A DNA stretch of 63,511 bases, the filler included, from Octopus bimaculoides (taxonomy: Eukaryota): the NCBI RefSeq assembly GCF_001194135.2. It is 8 parts of 8 records of this genome, joined end to end, with 100 filler letters (N's around TTAATTAATTAA, not from the genome) between each part and the next. Parts side by side here need not be neighbours in the genome. Positions count along the whole stretch, not along the records: positions 62,183 to 63,511 come from NC_068986.1; 7 more parts are not named here. One strand, given 5' to 3'. Positions 62,491 through 63,511 of this stretch are shown here, piece by piece (position 1 is the stretch's first letter; each line of letters opens with the position of its first letter). Both the position numbers and the translations under genes were made by a program. Under the pieces are notes generated by a model. That model was given only the letters and a program-made list of their open reading frames with translations. It had not been told where the DNA came from and did no database searches.

Positions 62491-63511
62491 TCCTTTGATA
62501 TTGCTATTATTTAATATCCGTTTTTGATGCTGGCGAGAGTCGAACAGTTTGATGGGAACCAGCAGGGCCCCCAACAGTCTCCATTGTCTGTTTTGGCATG
62601 GTTTCTACAGCTGGATGCCCTTCCTAATGCAAACCACTTTCCAGAGTGTATAACATATTCTCCTCTAAGTAAACATTTCAAATAAATGCTTTCCCTCATT
62701 TGTTGTAGGTGAGAGTGTTGTTATCTTATTTCACAGCAATAATTAACAATGCTTTTCCTACAAATTTCAGAGTCTGCTTCTTTCACCTGTTTAAATATGT
62801 CTGTGATTAAACAAACTGATCAATTGTTCATAAGATTCAAACTCGGCAGAATTAGATAAACAGAAGTTTTCATTTCACATGGTCACAAGTAGCTTCATAA
62901 GAAATATGCAGAATTCTTCCATTACCACCTTTCAATGAATCCTGAGTGTACCTGGCTAAACCCTTAGTGACATTTTATCCATCTTCACATTCCGACAAGG
63001 TCAACTTTGCCTTTCATTCTTCTCGGTCAATGAAATAAATACCAGCTGAATACTTTTATTCATGTAAATCCCTCAAATTGCTGGCCTTTTGCCAAAATCT
63101 GAAGTCATTGCTTTTTGTTATTTGGAAAACAGAAAAAATGCAAATCTTCTTCAGAATGAAATCCGTTTCCTTCCTCAGTCTCCTGATGAAAGAGAGATGA
63201 GAAGAAAACATGATATGTGTAAAGAATCAAATCATTGTTATAGATATACTTGATACTGAAGAATTACCAAAAAACCATTCCTGCTGTTTGGGACAGTGTT
63301 TAAATAATACTCTCTTGGAGGTAGTGTCATGGGCCCATGGTCACTGGATTATTTCCATTCAGTATTAATGTTTCACATAATTATAGTCAGCAAAGTTTCA
63401 AACATTACATTTAAATCCATCTAACAAGACGAATATATTTGTCCTTAACTATTCATATGTGTCTCAGAACCTCAGAAAAATGTCAGGGAAATATAGGAAC
63501 AGTTATTGTTT

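Overview
Gapped draft animal genomic DNA, almost certainly Octopus (inferred from the extreme (CA)n/(TA)n/(AAT)n/(GATA)n microsatellite load and tRNA-derived SINEs resembling octopus OR/OK types). The only host coding sequence I can support is three minus-strand exons (47777-47577, 46243-45930, 44850-44543) of a multi-exon cadherin. These most resemble the membrane-proximal EC repeats of the CDH23/Cad87A-Cad88C-like group, and an obligatory exon between the second and third is missing, probably inside a 100-N gap. The rest is transposon debris (RLE/R4-Dong-like, RTE and CR1-group LINEs; Tc1, maT/DD37D and mariner relics; MITEs and foldbacks; several SINE families), microsatellites and assembly gaps, seven of which contain an artificial TTAATTAATTAA spacer. 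Almost all ORF-track entries are microsatellite or N artefacts. I found no convincing new multi-gene system. The most interesting structures are an RTE insertion with twin-priming geometry, a CpG-decay (methylation) footprint that switches at contig linkers and surrounds a CpG-rich promoter-like island inside a cadherin intron, a Tc1/maT chimera, a TTAGGG-containing foldback element, and a mosaic templated duplication. Repeat boundaries were read by eye and are approximate unless TSDs or TIRs are cited.
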